From positions 19,246 through 83,245 of the forward strand of contig JAKFCT010000052.1 in the NCBI GenBank assembly GCA_036676495.1: a stretch of 64,000 nt of DNA, written 5' to 3'. A program made the translations under genes and the position numbers. Origin of the DNA: Candidatus Sericytochromatia bacterium (lineage in GTDB: Bacteria; Cyanobacteriota; Sericytochromatia; S15B-MN24; UBA4093). Of this stretch, positions 18,767 through 29,123 are shown piece after piece (positions within the stretch are counted from its first letter, which is position 1; each line of letters starts with the position of its first letter). The notes beneath the pieces were generated by a model. The model ran no database searches, was not told where the DNA came from, and worked only from the letters and a program-made list of their open reading frames with translations.

Positions 18767-19291
18767 CTAGCGAGAGCGTTTGAAAAGCTGTCTGAGCCGC
18801 CACCCGAGGCGCGATTGCCGGGCGACTGTCTTGCGGATCTGATGGTACTCCGAGATGGCCCAGGTCTGCTGGCTTCGCAGCGAGCCTTCCTCACCGGGCG
18901 TCAGCGCCAGCCGCTGGGCATTGAGCTCGCGAAGCAGCTCCATGGCCTCCAGGCAATCGGGGTCGATCAGCAGCGTGCGTCTGAGCTGGCCCACGGCCCA
19001 GTCGTACTTCCCCTGCAGGCCGTAGGTACGCGCCACCAGGACGCTGGCCTCCACGTGGGCACCGTCGAGTTTCAGCGCCCGCTGGCAGAGCGGCAGCGCC
19101 GCGTCATGGCGCCCGGCATCCAGGTGCAGCCGAGCCAAGCCCAAGAGGGTCGGCATGCGCTCGCCGTCGACCTCGAGCGCGGCTTCGAACGCGGCCTGCG
19201 CCTCCTCGGCCTGGCCGTCCGCGAGCAATCCGATGGCCCGCTTGTGATGCTCCGCGGCCATGTCCACCGGCTTCGACTTACTCCAGAACAT
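18767..19291 (-). CDS. TPR-repeat protein
   Basis: About 3 TPR units; GGAGAAGGG RBS before MFWSKSK. Confidence 0.8.
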   Translation of the reverse strand: MFWSKSKPVDMAAEHHKRAIGLLADGQAEEAQAAFEAALEVDGERMPTLLGLARLHLDAGRHDAALPLCQRALKLDGAHVEASVLVARTYGLQGKYDWAVGQLRRTLLIDPDCLEAMELLRELNAQRLALTPGEEGSLRSQQTWAISEYHQIRKTVARQSRLGWRLRQLFKRSR

Positions 19292-19345
19292 CCCTTCTCC
19301 TCCCTCGCTCTCCGTCAAGCTCTATACCCGAGCGTTGGCGTCGGA

Positions 19346-20962
19346 TCACGTCAGGGCCTCGATCATCGCGCGCTCCGCCAGGGGGACCGGGATGGTTCCG
19401 AGCGAGAGCAAGCGGTCGTGAAACGCGCGCAGGTCGAAGCGATCGCCCAGCGCCTGCTGATAGGCCTCGCGAATCGCCAGGATGCCGCGCTTGCCCATCA
19501 GATAGCTCATCGGATAGGCCGGTGAGTAGGAGTACCAGGTGACTTCGGACTCGGCATTGATCCGCTCCAGCTTGGCCTCGTCGACCAGGAAGTCCACGGC
19601 CTCGTCGAACGACATCCGCCCCGTCTGGAGGCTGGCGTCGACGATCACGCGGCATGCCCGCCAGAGCACGTCCTTGAGCTGGAAGAGGCGCGTGAGCTCG
19701 TCCGGGTAGAACCCCTGCTCGTACATCATCTCCTCGCAGTACAGGGCCCAGCCTTCGCAGTAGGCGTTGTTGCCGAAGAGGTGGCGGATGGGCATATCCT
19801 GCCGGTTGGCCAGGGTCAGCTGCATGTGGTGGCCGGGGTAGCCTTCGTGCAGGGCCGTCACCGGAATGCCGAAGCGGTTATGGCCGCGCAGCTGCTCGGC
19901 TTGATCCGCAGGCGTATTCGCGGGATCCACGGGGGTGACGTAGAAGAGCCCTTCCTGCACCCGGTCGTAGGTGCCCGGGGATTGGTAGGCCGCATAGGGC
20001 ATGACGCTGCGCATGAACCGCGGCGTCTCGATCACCTGCAAGGAGTCGCCTTCCGGCAAGGTGGCGATGCCCTTCTGCTTCACGAATTCGCGGGCGCGCT
20101 CCATCTCCCGGCGATAGGCGTCCAGAAGGCCTTCCGCCGTGGGATGTTCGTCCTTGTGGCGCTCGACCAGGTCCTGCCAGGTGGCGTCGGGATCGATCCG
20201 CCGAGCGGTCTCTTCGAGCTGAAGCAGCGTGGTCCGGCGGGCTTCCTCGCCGATGGCCAGCAAGTCCTCGGCCTTGAGATCGAAGTGGTGCTCATGGCGC
20301 AGCTTGTAGTTGTAAAGGAAGGTGCCGATCCCGAGGGGCCGGTCCGAGCGCGGCAAGAGCTCGGTTTCGAGGAAGCGCTTGAAGTCGATGATGGCGCGTT
20401 TGGCTTCTTCCACGGCGTCGGCCAGGCCGGGTTGCTGGGGCGCGAGCGGAAGCACGACCTCGTCGAGGAAGTCGCAACCCCCTTCGGCCACCTCGATGGC
20501 CGATTCGGTCCAGCGCCGTGCGGGCCGCGTAAGAGCCGCCTTGCCGTCCGCGAGGACCTTGGGGGCTTCCTTGAGGCGAGAGAGCACGTTCTTCAAGCGC
20601 TCCGGCAGCGGAGCGAAGTCGCGGCTCAGGAGGACATGGACGCCGTCGAGCACGGTCTCGAGGTAGGTCTGAGGAAGCAGGCGGTGCCAGCCGATTTCCT
20701 CGTGTTCGAGCGTGAGCACCTTGAGCATGCCATGCAGCACGGCCTCGTCGATGGCGCGTTCGGCGGGAACCTCCGCGGGGTCGAACTCGGCCAGGCGCGC
20801 CTCGAAGTCCTTGAGGCCCTCCTGGAAACGCTCGCTGGCTTCCTCGCTTTGATCCCCGAGCTGGTGATCGAAGCGATGGTCGCCCATGTAGGAGGCGAGA
20901 ACGGGATGATACGAGAGATAGAAGTCCTTGAACTCGTGGATGAAGGCATCGAATGCGTGCAT
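19346..20962 (-). CDS. DUF885 family protein (metallopeptidase-like)
   Basis: LHEGYPGHHMQ, YCEGWALYCE, WRACRVIVD, SYLMG, FHDRLL. Confidence 0.92.
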   Translation of the reverse strand: MHAFDAFIHEFKDFYLSYHPVLASYMGDHRFDHQLGDQSEEASERFQEGLKDFEARLAEFDPAEVPAERAIDEAVLHGMLKVLTLEHEEIGWHRLLPQTYLETVLDGVHVLLSRDFAPLPERLKNVLSRLKEAPKVLADGKAALTRPARRWTESAIEVAEGGCDFLDEVVLPLAPQQPGLADAVEEAKRAIIDFKRFLETELLPRSDRPLGIGTFLYNYKLRHEHHFDLKAEDLLAIGEEARRTTLLQLEETARRIDPDATWQDLVERHKDEHPTAEGLLDAYRREMERAREFVKQKGIATLPEGDSLQVIETPRFMRSVMPYAAYQSPGTYDRVQEGLFYVTPVDPANTPADQAEQLRGHNRFGIPVTALHEGYPGHHMQLTLANRQDMPIRHLFGNNAYCEGWALYCEEMMYEQGFYPDELTRLFQLKDVLWRACRVIVDASLQTGRMSFDEAVDFLVDEAKLERINAESEVTWYSYSPAYPMSYLMGKRGILAIREAYQQALGDRFDLRAFHDRLLSLGTIPVPLAERAMIEALT

Positions 20963-20987
20963 GGGGATCCTTAAAACGACTGAAGCG

Positions 20988-21878
20988 CTAGGGCGCTCCG
21001 ATGGAATGGGGCTTGGTGTCCATGACCTTGCGGCCGGTCGGGGTGATGGCGAGACCGCCGCAGGAGGTCTCCTTGTAGGCCGGCGGCATGGCCTCGCCGA
21101 TTTCCTTCATGGCGGCGATGACCTCGTCGGGCGGGATGAAGCTCGAGATACCGGCGAGGGCCATCTCGGCGGCGGTGATCGCCATGATCGAGTAGAGCGA
21201 GTTCCGCTTCACGCACGGGACCTCGACGTAGCCTCCGACGGGATCGCAGACCAGGCCCAGGCTGTTCTTGACCGCCAGCGCCATGGCCTGGGTCACCTGG
21301 AACGGGGTGCCTCCTGCCAGCTCGCAGACGGCTCCGGCGGCCATGCCGGTGGAAACGCCGACTTCGGCCATGCAGCCGCCCTTGGCGCCTGAGATGGTCG
21401 AGTTGTTGGCCATGACCATGCCGAGGCCGGCCGAGACGAACATGGCGTTGACGATGTCGTCGGGCGTGCTGTTGAGCTTCTGAGAGGCGCCCCAGAGGCT
21501 GGACGGCAGGATCCCCGACGAGCCCGCGGTGGGAGCGGCGACGATCCGGCCCATGGCCGCCGAGCACTCGTTGACCGACATGGCCCGGGCGGCGGTCTGG
21601 GCCAGGATCGGATCGAGGAGCTTGGGCTCGTAGGATCCCATGCGGTAGCCGTTGCCGCTGACGAGGTTTCCGAGCCCGGTGATGGGGCGGTTCAGGCCGG
21701 CCTCCATGGCCTCCTGCATGATGCTCCAGCGGGCGAGCATGGCGTTCCAGATGAACTCGCGGGTGAACCCGGACTGCTGCATCTCGAAGCGCAGGGTGAT
21801 CTCGCCGATGCCGCAGCCTTCCTGCTCGGCCAGCGCGAGGAGGTCGGCGATGGACTGGAATTGAATCTCGGTGCTCAT
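20988..21878 (-). CDS. sdaAA: L-serine dehydratase alpha subunit
   Basis: IVAAPTAGSSG, GGCMAEVG, LGLVCDPVGGYVEVPCVKRN. Confidence 0.95.
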   Translation of the reverse strand: MSTEIQFQSIADLLALAEQEGCGIGEITLRFEMQQSGFTREFIWNAMLARWSIMQEAMEAGLNRPITGLGNLVSGNGYRMGSYEPKLLDPILAQTAARAMSVNECSAAMGRIVAAPTAGSSGILPSSLWGASQKLNSTPDDIVNAMFVSAGLGMVMANNSTISGAKGGCMAEVGVSTGMAAGAVCELAGGTPFQVTQAMALAVKNSLGLVCDPVGGYVEVPCVKRNSLYSIMAITAAEMALAGISSFIPPDEVIAAMKEIGEAMPPAYKETSCGGLAITPTGRKVMDTKPHSIGAP

Positions 21879-21887
21879 GGGTCCCCC

Positions 21888-22565
21888 TTAAGTCAGCTTG
21901 GGCAGGTAGCGGGTGAGGCGGATGCCGTCGACGGCGGCGATCGCCGAGATGGCCTCGGGGGGCACCTCGTGGTCGCCTTCGATCGTCATGAAGGCCTCCC
22001 GGCCCCGTTGCTTGCGGGCCACGTTCATGAAGGCGACGTTGACGCCTTGCTCGGCCAGGATCCCGGTGACCTTCCCGATCACGCCGGGCTTGTCCTCGTG
22101 GACCGTGATGACCGTGGGGTACTCGCCCGAAAGCCGCACCTGGTAGCCGTCGACCTCGGTGATGGCCACGTTGCCGCCCCCAATGGAGGTCCCGATCACG
22201 TCGATCTTGCGGCCGTCCTGGGTCTCCAGGATCAGCTTGGCCGAGCACGGGTGGACCTTGGGGCCCAAGTTGACGTCGCCGATCGTGAAGGTCATGCCTT
22301 CCTGGGCGGCCACGTCGAAGCTCTCCTTCACCTGGGGATCGAAGGTCTCCATGCCGAGCAAGCCCGCCACGATACCCTTGTCGGTGCCGTGCCCCGGCCC
22401 GGTCTCCAGGAAGGAGCCATGCAAGAGGATGGTCGCGTGGCGGGGCGTGCCGCCGAGGATGGTCCGGGCGAACCGCCCGATCCGTACGGCGCCGGCCGTG
22501 TGGGACGAACTCGGACCCACCATGATGGGGCCGATGATGTCGAAGACGCTTTTGTACTTGCTCAT
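21888..22565 (-). CDS. sdaAB: L-serine dehydratase beta subunit (with ACT domain)
   Basis: SVFDIIGPIMVGPSSSHTAGA, GHGTD, SIGGG, DKPGVI. Confidence 0.95.
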   Translation of the reverse strand: MSKYKSVFDIIGPIMVGPSSSHTAGAVRIGRFARTILGGTPRHATILLHGSFLETGPGHGTDKGIVAGLLGMETFDPQVKESFDVAAQEGMTFTIGDVNLGPKVHPCSAKLILETQDGRKIDVIGTSIGGGNVAITEVDGYQVRLSGEYPTVITVHEDKPGVIGKVTGILAEQGVNVAFMNVARKQRGREAFMTIEGDHEVPPEAISAIAAVDGIRLTRYLPKLT

Positions 22566-22718
22566 GCTGTTTGACTACCTCGTCAGCCGCCAATAGGCGT
22601 AAGGTCGGGGCCATTCCCGACCATCGCCTCATTTTATCAGGGATTGCTGCTCCCGGTGGAACGGCCTCGCGACCCGCCTCCCATGGCCCATCAAACGGTC
22701 AGAGGCTGTTTCTGGCGC

Positions 22719-24026
22719 TTACTCGGCCGGCGTGACGATCCGGGCGATCGGAGCTTCCGGATCGTTGCCCCAGGTGAAGGCGATTAAGCCGACTTGCGGC
22801 TGGTAAACTTCGGTCCAAGCAACCGGCTCGCCCTTCAGATGACCCGTGACAGTGACGGTCCACGTCTCCGGCGCGTCCTTCTCCGCGGGCGTCCGGATCG
22901 CCTTGGCCGTCAGGCCCGGGGCGGGAACCCAATCGGCGCCGTCGGTGAAGGGCAGCGGATAGGTCAGCTCAGGCCGGTAGGGCAGCGAGAGCTTGACCCG
23001 GTCGGCCTGCACCTTGAGCATGAAGCGAGATTGGGTAGTCTTCCCGTCGACAGTTCGAGTCAGGCGCCCCGAAGCCAGCGTTCCGTCGGTTTTCTCGGTG
23101 ACCCGCGTCAGGGTCCGGACGGCCTGGCCCAACGGCTTGTCATCCGCGTCGAAAAGCATGTAGGTCGTGCTCGCCCCGCCCTTCAGCGGGAAGAGATCCG
23201 CGCCGATCGCGGCAACTGCCGGCGACGCCGTCGCAACGAGCGAGGCGGTGGCGACCGGCGTGGCGGAGGCCGTCGCGCTGGGCGTGGCCGTCAGGTCCGG
23301 GATGCGAGCCGTGAAGACCTGGCGGAAGGCCGTCCGGACCTTTTCATGGCGATTGATCAGTTCTTGGGCAACGCGCCGCACGTCTTTGGGTTCCGTGAGG
23401 TCGGGCAGCGACGCCGTCCGGTAGCCCTCCGAACCCGGCTTGAGCACCTGAGAGACTTCCCGGGTGGCGGTCAGCACGTGGGCAGGATCGAGGTAGCGGA
23501 TTTGCTCCGGGGTGTAGCGCTCCTGAAGGTGCGCGGCCACCAGCGTGCTCGCCAACGACAAAGTCAGCGGCTCATTGAGCTCTCGCATCGAGGGCACTGA
23601 AACCGTGTTGGGCCCGCTCTTCTGCTCGCGCTCACGGCTGAAGGGCAAGCCCATCATGCCTTCCAGCACCATGGTGCCCGCCGACGTCCGGACCTCCGCG
23701 CGAATCAGCTGAATGCCGTTGACCGGAATGGTCAGGGGCGCGATGCCCTCGGAATCCGTGCGCGCGTTGTTGCTCGGGTCCAGCGCCAGGTAGACCTTCG
23801 CACCTTCGGCGGGGATCTCGCTGCGCTCGCTCGCTCGGCGGCTAGACGAGGCTTCTGCCGGCAACATCACCCGGATGGGCACCCGTGCCAAGGTGTAGGA
23901 CTCGAGCCCCAGCCCCGGAACCACCGAGTCCCCGTTCAAGCCCATGAAGCCGGGCGCCTGACAGGCAACCAGCACTCCGACCAGAAGGCCGGCGGCAAGA
24001 AGGGTTTTAACGGAGCGGGCGGACAT
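22719..24026 (-). CDS. Hypothetical lipoprotein
   Basis: LVAC lipobox; GAGGAG RBS; TA(S/T)P linker; beta-rich C-terminal domain. Confidence 0.75.
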   Translation of the reverse strand: MSARSVKTLLAAGLLVGVLVACQAPGFMGLNGDSVVPGLGLESYTLARVPIRVMLPAEASSSRRASERSEIPAEGAKVYLALDPSNNARTDSEGIAPLTIPVNGIQLIRAEVRTSAGTMVLEGMMGLPFSREREQKSGPNTVSVPSMRELNEPLTLSLASTLVAAHLQERYTPEQIRYLDPAHVLTATREVSQVLKPGSEGYRTASLPDLTEPKDVRRVAQELINRHEKVRTAFRQVFTARIPDLTATPSATASATPVATASLVATASPAVAAIGADLFPLKGGASTTYMLFDADDKPLGQAVRTLTRVTEKTDGTLASGRLTRTVDGKTTQSRFMLKVQADRVKLSLPYRPELTYPLPFTDGADWVPAPGLTAKAIRTPAEKDAPETWTVTVTGHLKGEPVAWTEVYQPQVGLIAFTWGNDPEAPIARIVTPAE

Positions 24027-24119
24027 AGGGACTCCTCACTAGCAAGCAATCGGTCATGATTCTAACGGATGTCCTGTTAGAGCTCAAATCCAGTATACCC
24101 CCTCGGGGCCTAAACTACG

Positions 24120-24151
24120 AAGCGGTGCCCCGCAATTGGGGCGCCGCTTCG
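24120..24151 (-). terminator. Hairpin terminator
   Basis: AAGCGGTGCCCC-GCAATT-GGGGCGCCGCTT. Confidence 0.55.
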
Positions 24152-24228
24152 CTCTCTTGTGCAACAGCCGTGATGCTGACGGGGGCGTTGCTTCAGGACC
24201 GCACCGCGGTCTTCAACGGCCGCGAGGG

Positions 24229-25461
24229 TTAGCGCTGGGCGAGCATGGCCGCCAGCGGCATGCCATTGAACGCCATGAGCCGCTGCAGGGGCGCATGCTG
24301 GGCGGGCTCGACCCGCTCCTTGATCAGGAGGTAGGCATCGACCATCGAACCCACGGGCTTCTTGCCGTTGTTCTTGGCGAGCGCTCCCCAGATCTGGCTG
24401 AACTCCAGCGAGACCTGATCGTCCTTCTCGTTGTGGCGATCGTAGAGGTCCCAGAGCGTGGCCGTGGTCCACCACTCGTTGGTGGGCCCGCCGCAGACGT
24501 CTCCGGGCATGTTCTCGAAGCGCAAGGGCGCGCGGCGGGGCACCATGAACTCGAACTTGGCATCCGTGTCGTCGCGCTCCAGCGAGACCGCGGCGCTGAA
24601 GAACGAGGCGAAGCCCTCGGACCACGCGAGGTTGCTGGTATAGCACTCGTCGATCTTGTGCTGCCCGCCGCCCATGCGGCCGTTGATGCCCAGGTCGTGG
24701 AGGGCGTGGCCGATTTCGTGGCCGTTGACGTCCCACCACTCGGCGTTGCTGAGGTTCACGGTGCCCCAGGAGTAGTAGTTGCCGTTGGCGGGCCAAACCG
24801 TGTCGAGCTGCCGGTTCCACCAGTCGAGGGAGATGCCTTCACGCGCGAAGAGCGCGAGCGACCTGTTGTAGATCTCATGAATGTAGGCAGCCTGCCCATT
24901 CGCAGTCTTGGCGTCCAGCTGGGTGGTCCCGGCATCCACCACGCCCGAGAGGGTCTCGAGCTTCGGCCCCTGCCAGGAGTAACGGGAAAGCTTCCAGTAG
25001 CGGTTGCTCAGCTCGAAGCGAAGCTCGGCGGCGCCGCCGGCGGCCGCCGTGATCTCGAAGGCTCCGTCCAGCCCGACCTGCGCCGAGCCGATTTCCCGGC
25101 CCCCCGCGATCAGCTTCACCGTGGCGTTGGCCCCCGGAATCATTCCTCCGGCCAAGGCCGGCACCATGAAGCGGCCGGTCACCTTGGCCGGTCCCGAAAA
25201 AGCGCCGGGACGGACGGCCACCTTTCCGGTCTTCGCCGGAAAGAGCATGGTGTCGGGGGTCTGGGCGATCGCCTCCACCTTCAATCGGTTGGCGGTCGCG
25301 CTGAACGCGCCGATCCGTCCCCCCAGATCCGTGTCGTCCGTCGTCACCTGGGAGAACCCGCGCACGCTCCCGGGATCCTTTCCGACCTGCGGAGCCGTCC
25401 CGCTCAAGCCACAACCAGCAAGCAAGCCGAGGACCGTGATGAGGGCGATGGGATGGCGCAT
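24229..25461 (-). CDS. Lipoprotein zinc metalloprotease-like protein
   Basis: LAGC lipobox; GHEIGHALH (HExxH) plus AWSEGFASFF gluzincin-like third ligand. Confidence 0.85.
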   Translation of the reverse strand: MRHPIALITVLGLLAGCGLSGTAPQVGKDPGSVRGFSQVTTDDTDLGGRIGAFSATANRLKVEAIAQTPDTMLFPAKTGKVAVRPGAFSGPAKVTGRFMVPALAGGMIPGANATVKLIAGGREIGSAQVGLDGAFEITAAAGGAAELRFELSNRYWKLSRYSWQGPKLETLSGVVDAGTTQLDAKTANGQAAYIHEIYNRSLALFAREGISLDWWNRQLDTVWPANGNYYSWGTVNLSNAEWWDVNGHEIGHALHDLGINGRMGGGQHKIDECYTSNLAWSEGFASFFSAAVSLERDDTDAKFEFMVPRRAPLRFENMPGDVCGGPTNEWWTTATLWDLYDRHNEKDDQVSLEFSQIWGALAKNNGKKPVGSMVDAYLLIKERVEPAQHAPLQRLMAFNGMPLAAMLAQR

Positions 25462-25597
25462 GGGGCTCCCTTTCTGCAAAACGGAGGGTGAAGATTAAGC
25501 TTATTTTAAGAAATAGATAATCGGAAGTAAAGACTTGCGGATTTTTTGCCCGCTCCACCTTGCCGAAGCGGCCGCGTCCCCGTACGATGGCCGAGTG

Positions 25598-26833
25598 ATG
25601 CGCATTAGCTGGCTTTCTTCCCTCAAACACGCCGTCCCGATGGGCCCTGAAGGCTTGGTCTGGTGGCTCGCCCTGGTCCAGGCCTCGGGCATGACCGCCG
25701 TCCTTCCCATCCTTCCCCTCTATGCCGACAAGCACGGAGCGGATCTCAGCTTCATCGGCCTCATGGTCGGCGCGTACATGGCGGCCAACCTCGTCGGGCT
25801 GCCTCCCGCCGGCTGGCTCTCGGACCGCATGGGCCGCCGCCGCCTCATGGCCGTCGGACTCCTCGGCTTCGCCCTCGCCTCCTTCGGCTTTCTCGTCTTC
25901 GACTCCCCCTGGGCGTTCGTCATCCTGAGAGCGTGTGAGGGCTTGGCTGCTGCTTGCTTCACGCCCGCCGCGTTGGCCTACGTGGCCGATCGCGCCCCCG
26001 AGGGTCAGCGCGGCACGCGAATCGCCCAGCTTACGGTGGCGCAGAACGTCGGAACACTCGTCGGGCCGGTCTTCGGCGGGGCCCTCGTGATGGCTTTCGG
26101 CCTCGGTGCCCCCTTCTGGGCGCTCGCCATCCTCTGCGGGGTCGGCGGCTTGCTGGTCGCTCGCCTGCCGGGCGGCGGCCATGCCGAAGCTCAGGCCCGT
26201 CGCGAGAAAACCGGGGGGCGCGATCCGGTGGGCATCTGGAAGGAAATCCGCTGGCTTCCCTTCGCGGGCCTTTCCATCAGGGTCCTCTCCAACGGCTTCG
26301 CCATCGGCATGTACGAGTCCATCTGGGCCATCTACCTGAGGGACCTGGGGGGCACCCCCTGGCATATCAGCTTGAGCTGGACCCTCTTCGCCCTTCCGGC
26401 CATCCTGCTGGCCGGGATTGCCGGCCGCACCATCGATCGCGCGGGGCCCGTCCGCCCGCTGGTCCTCGGAGCCCTCTTCTCGTCGATCCTCGTCATGAGC
26501 TACGGCATGACCCAGAGCGTCCCGCTCCTGCTCTGGCTCGGAGTCGTCGAAGGCATCGGCTTCGCCTTCGCCTACCCCGCCCAGAGCGCCATGATGGTTC
26601 AGCTCGCCCCCGAGGCCCTGCGTGGCCGGGTGATTGGCCTCATCACCGCCATGAGCACCATCGGCGCCCTCATCGGGGCCATGGTCACCCCCCTTCTGTA
26701 CAAGAACAGCCCCTTCTGGGTCTTCGCCGTCACCTCGTCCCTGCTCTTCTTCTCCGCGCTCCTGCTCGCGCTATCCATGGCCTGGGCCAAGCGCCCCCGC
26801 CCCGAGGAGTCGCCCCTCGGCATCCGTGGGTAA
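25598..26833 (+). CDS. MFS transporter (DHA1-like)
   Basis: GWLSDRMGRR motif A; about 12 TM helices. Confidence 0.92.
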   Translation: MRISWLSSLKHAVPMGPEGLVWWLALVQASGMTAVLPILPLYADKHGADLSFIGLMVGAYMAANLVGLPPAGWLSDRMGRRRLMAVGLLGFALASFGFLVFDSPWAFVILRACEGLAAACFTPAALAYVADRAPEGQRGTRIAQLTVAQNVGTLVGPVFGGALVMAFGLGAPFWALAILCGVGGLLVARLPGGGHAEAQARREKTGGRDPVGIWKEIRWLPFAGLSIRVLSNGFAIGMYESIWAIYLRDLGGTPWHISLSWTLFALPAILLAGIAGRTIDRAGPVRPLVLGALFSSILVMSYGMTQSVPLLLWLGVVEGIGFAFAYPAQSAMMVQLAPEALRGRVIGLITAMSTIGALIGAMVTPLLYKNSPFWVFAVTSSLLFFSALLLALSMAWAKRPRPEESPLGIRG

Positions 26834-26883
26834 AATGGGGATGACGCCGCCGATTCAACTGCCCGCGCCCGTGAGGATGGACC

Positions 26884-27597
26884 TTGTCTGAGATCGAACG
26901 CCGCATTCCCCAGACCCTGGAGCGCCTCCAGCTCAAGCTCGCCTACGCCTACCTCGCCTCCGGCGAGACCGCGGAAGCCCTCGCCGCCTTCGACCGCGCG
27001 GCTGACGACGAGCCCCATGCCTTCGAACCCCTCTTCATGCGGGGTGTCATCAAGCTCCAGCAGGCTCGCTACGAAGAGGCGTTCCATGCCTTCGTTCGCG
27101 TCATCGAGCTCGCTCCCGCCGTTGCCGAGAGCTACAATAATCTGGGCATCGTCTACTGGCACCAGGAGGATCGGGAAGCTGCCCACCGTTGCTTTGAAAG
27201 CGCGTTGGGCGTGAGAGAGGACTTCCCGGCGGCGACCGCCAACCTCGGGGTCTCCTACCTCTCGCGCGGCATGCCTCACGAGGCCTTGCCGTGCTTCGAG
27301 CTCGCCGTCCGCCATTATCCGCGTGCGGCATGGGCCTACAACAACCTGGGCGTGGCCTTCTGCTTCCGAGGTGCCTTCGGCGACGCCGAGGCATGCTTCG
27401 AAACGGCCATCCGCCATGACGATCAGCTCGTGGCCCCGGTCCTGAATCTGGCGCATCTCTACGCCTGCAAGGGCCTGGATGCCGAGGCCGTCCGCAGCCG
27501 GACCCATGCGGCCACCCTGTCCAAGCATGACGCGGTCCAGGTGCCCCCGTTCGAGCTCTGCCTCGAACGCGTGGAGCGCCCCTTCGAGCGATCCTGA
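26884..27597 (+). CDS. TPR-repeat protein
   Basis: AESYNNLG, ATANLG, WAYNNLG repeats. Confidence 0.85.
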   Translation: MSEIERRIPQTLERLQLKLAYAYLASGETAEALAAFDRAADDEPHAFEPLFMRGVIKLQQARYEEAFHAFVRVIELAPAVAESYNNLGIVYWHQEDREAAHRCFESALGVREDFPAATANLGVSYLSRGMPHEALPCFELAVRHYPRAAWAYNNLGVAFCFRGAFGDAEACFETAIRHDDQLVAPVLNLAHLYACKGLDAEAVRSRTHAATLSKHDAVQVPPFELCLERVERPFERS

Positions 27598-27661
27598 AGA
27601 CCCCCCTAGCATTGACGAGGCCCTCCCAGCGGGAGGGCCTCGTCAATGCTAGGGGGGTCTT
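27597..27661. repeat. Perfect inverted repeat (31-bp arms, 3-nt loop); probable bidirectional terminator
   Basis: AAGACCCCCCTAGCATTGACGAGGCCCTCCC-AGC-GGGAGGGCCTCGTCAATGCTAGGGGGGTCTT. Confidence 0.9.
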
Positions 27662-29123
27662 AGACGATGAACTCGGGGCTGCCCTTGGGCCGTGCCTCGA
27701 ACTCGTCGCGTGCCGCCTGCATGTCGGCGCGTCCCAGGTTGGCGAACATGAAGCGCTTGTAGGCTTCGACTCCCGGCTGATCCAAGGGGTTGATGCCCAT
27801 GAGGTAGCCTTCGGCCACGGTCGACAGCTCGAACAGGTAGATCAGCTGTCCCATGGTGAAGGCGTTGAGCTCCGGGATGTGGAGGGTCATGCTGGGACGT
27901 CCCTCGCGGGCGTAGGCATAGACGGTTCCTTCGAGGGCCTTGCGGCTGACCTCCGAGAGCTTCTTGCCGGCGACGTAGTTCAGGCCGTCGGGGTCGCCTT
28001 CCACGAAGGGAACTTCGACGTCCTGACCGGGCGTCGCGACCAGGAGGTTGGTGACGACCGTGTTGCGCTGGCCTTCCTGGATCTGCTGCCCGCGGGCGTG
28101 CAGGTCGCGGGTGTTGACCGAGGTCACGGGAACGCGGCCCTGCTCTTCCTTGCCGAGGCTTTCGGCGGCGAGCTGGTCGTACCAGAAGCCGAAGAACTCG
28201 AGACGCTTGCTCCAGGCGGCCATCAAGGAGATGTCGTAGCCCTTCTTCACGGCCTGGACTTGGATCGCGGCATAGAGATAAGCCGGGTTCTGGTGCAGAT
28301 CCGCCGTGCGGCAGCGTTCGGCCATGAAGCGGGCACCCGCCAGCAGTTCGCGAATGTCGATGCCGGCCACGGCGGCGGGCAGCAGGCCGACCGGCGTGAG
28401 GACCGAGTAGCGGCCCCCGACGTTATCGGGGATGACGAAGGTCTCGAAGCCTTCCTTTTTGGCCAGTCCAAGCAGATTGCCCTTGGAGCCATCGGTCGTG
28501 GCCACGATGTACGGGGCGTACTCCGCGCCGTAGACCTGCCGCATCCGCTCATGGAAGATGCGGAAGCTGACGGCGGTTTCAAGCGTGGTCCCGGACTTCG
28601 AGATGACGTTGAGGGTGAAGGCCCGCTCGATGCGGTCAGGTCGGGACTCCGGAAGAATGCCCAGCAGGGCGGCCATGGCGTCGGGGTCGACGTTGTTGCC
28701 TTCCCAGTAGATGCGCGGGCGGCCGTTGCGCGCGTCGCGCGGCAGCTCGTTGCGGTACGGGTGGGTCAGAGCCTCGATGAGGGCCCGTGCGCCCAGGTAG
28801 GAGCCGCCGATTCCCATGACGACATGCGTGTCGCCGAGGGAGGCGAGGCGATCCGCCGCGGCCTGGATGGTCACGAGGACGTCGTCACTCTGATAGGGCA
28901 AGTCGAGGAATCCGAGGAAATCGGCTCCGCGGCCCGTGCGCTCGGTGATCTGCCGGTGAACCTTGTCGACGTCACCTTGCAGACCGAAGATATCCTGGGG
29001 ATCCAGGCCATAGGCGTCTCCGAGAGTCGGCTTGAGCATGGCATTGAAGTCCAGCCGGACGGCCATCTTGGTTTGCCATTGGGGGTCGCGGGCTTCGATC
29101 GTGGGCATGCGTGATGCGGGCAT
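27660..29123 (-). CDS. pgi: Glucose-6-phosphate isomerase
   Basis: GIGGSYLG, ISKSGTTLET, VGGRYSVL, QLAAESLGK, DQPGVEAYK. Confidence 0.95.
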   Translation of the reverse strand: MPASRMPTIEARDPQWQTKMAVRLDFNAMLKPTLGDAYGLDPQDIFGLQGDVDKVHRQITERTGRGADFLGFLDLPYQSDDVLVTIQAAADRLASLGDTHVVMGIGGSYLGARALIEALTHPYRNELPRDARNGRPRIYWEGNNVDPDAMAALLGILPESRPDRIERAFTLNVISKSGTTLETAVSFRIFHERMRQVYGAEYAPYIVATTDGSKGNLLGLAKKEGFETFVIPDNVGGRYSVLTPVGLLPAAVAGIDIRELLAGARFMAERCRTADLHQNPAYLYAAIQVQAVKKGYDISLMAAWSKRLEFFGFWYDQLAAESLGKEEQGRVPVTSVNTRDLHARGQQIQEGQRNTVVTNLLVATPGQDVEVPFVEGDPDGLNYVAGKKLSEVSRKALEGTVYAYAREGRPSMTLHIPELNAFTMGQLIYLFELSTVAEGYLMGINPLDQPGVEAYKRFMFANLGRADMQAARDEFEARPKGSPEFIV

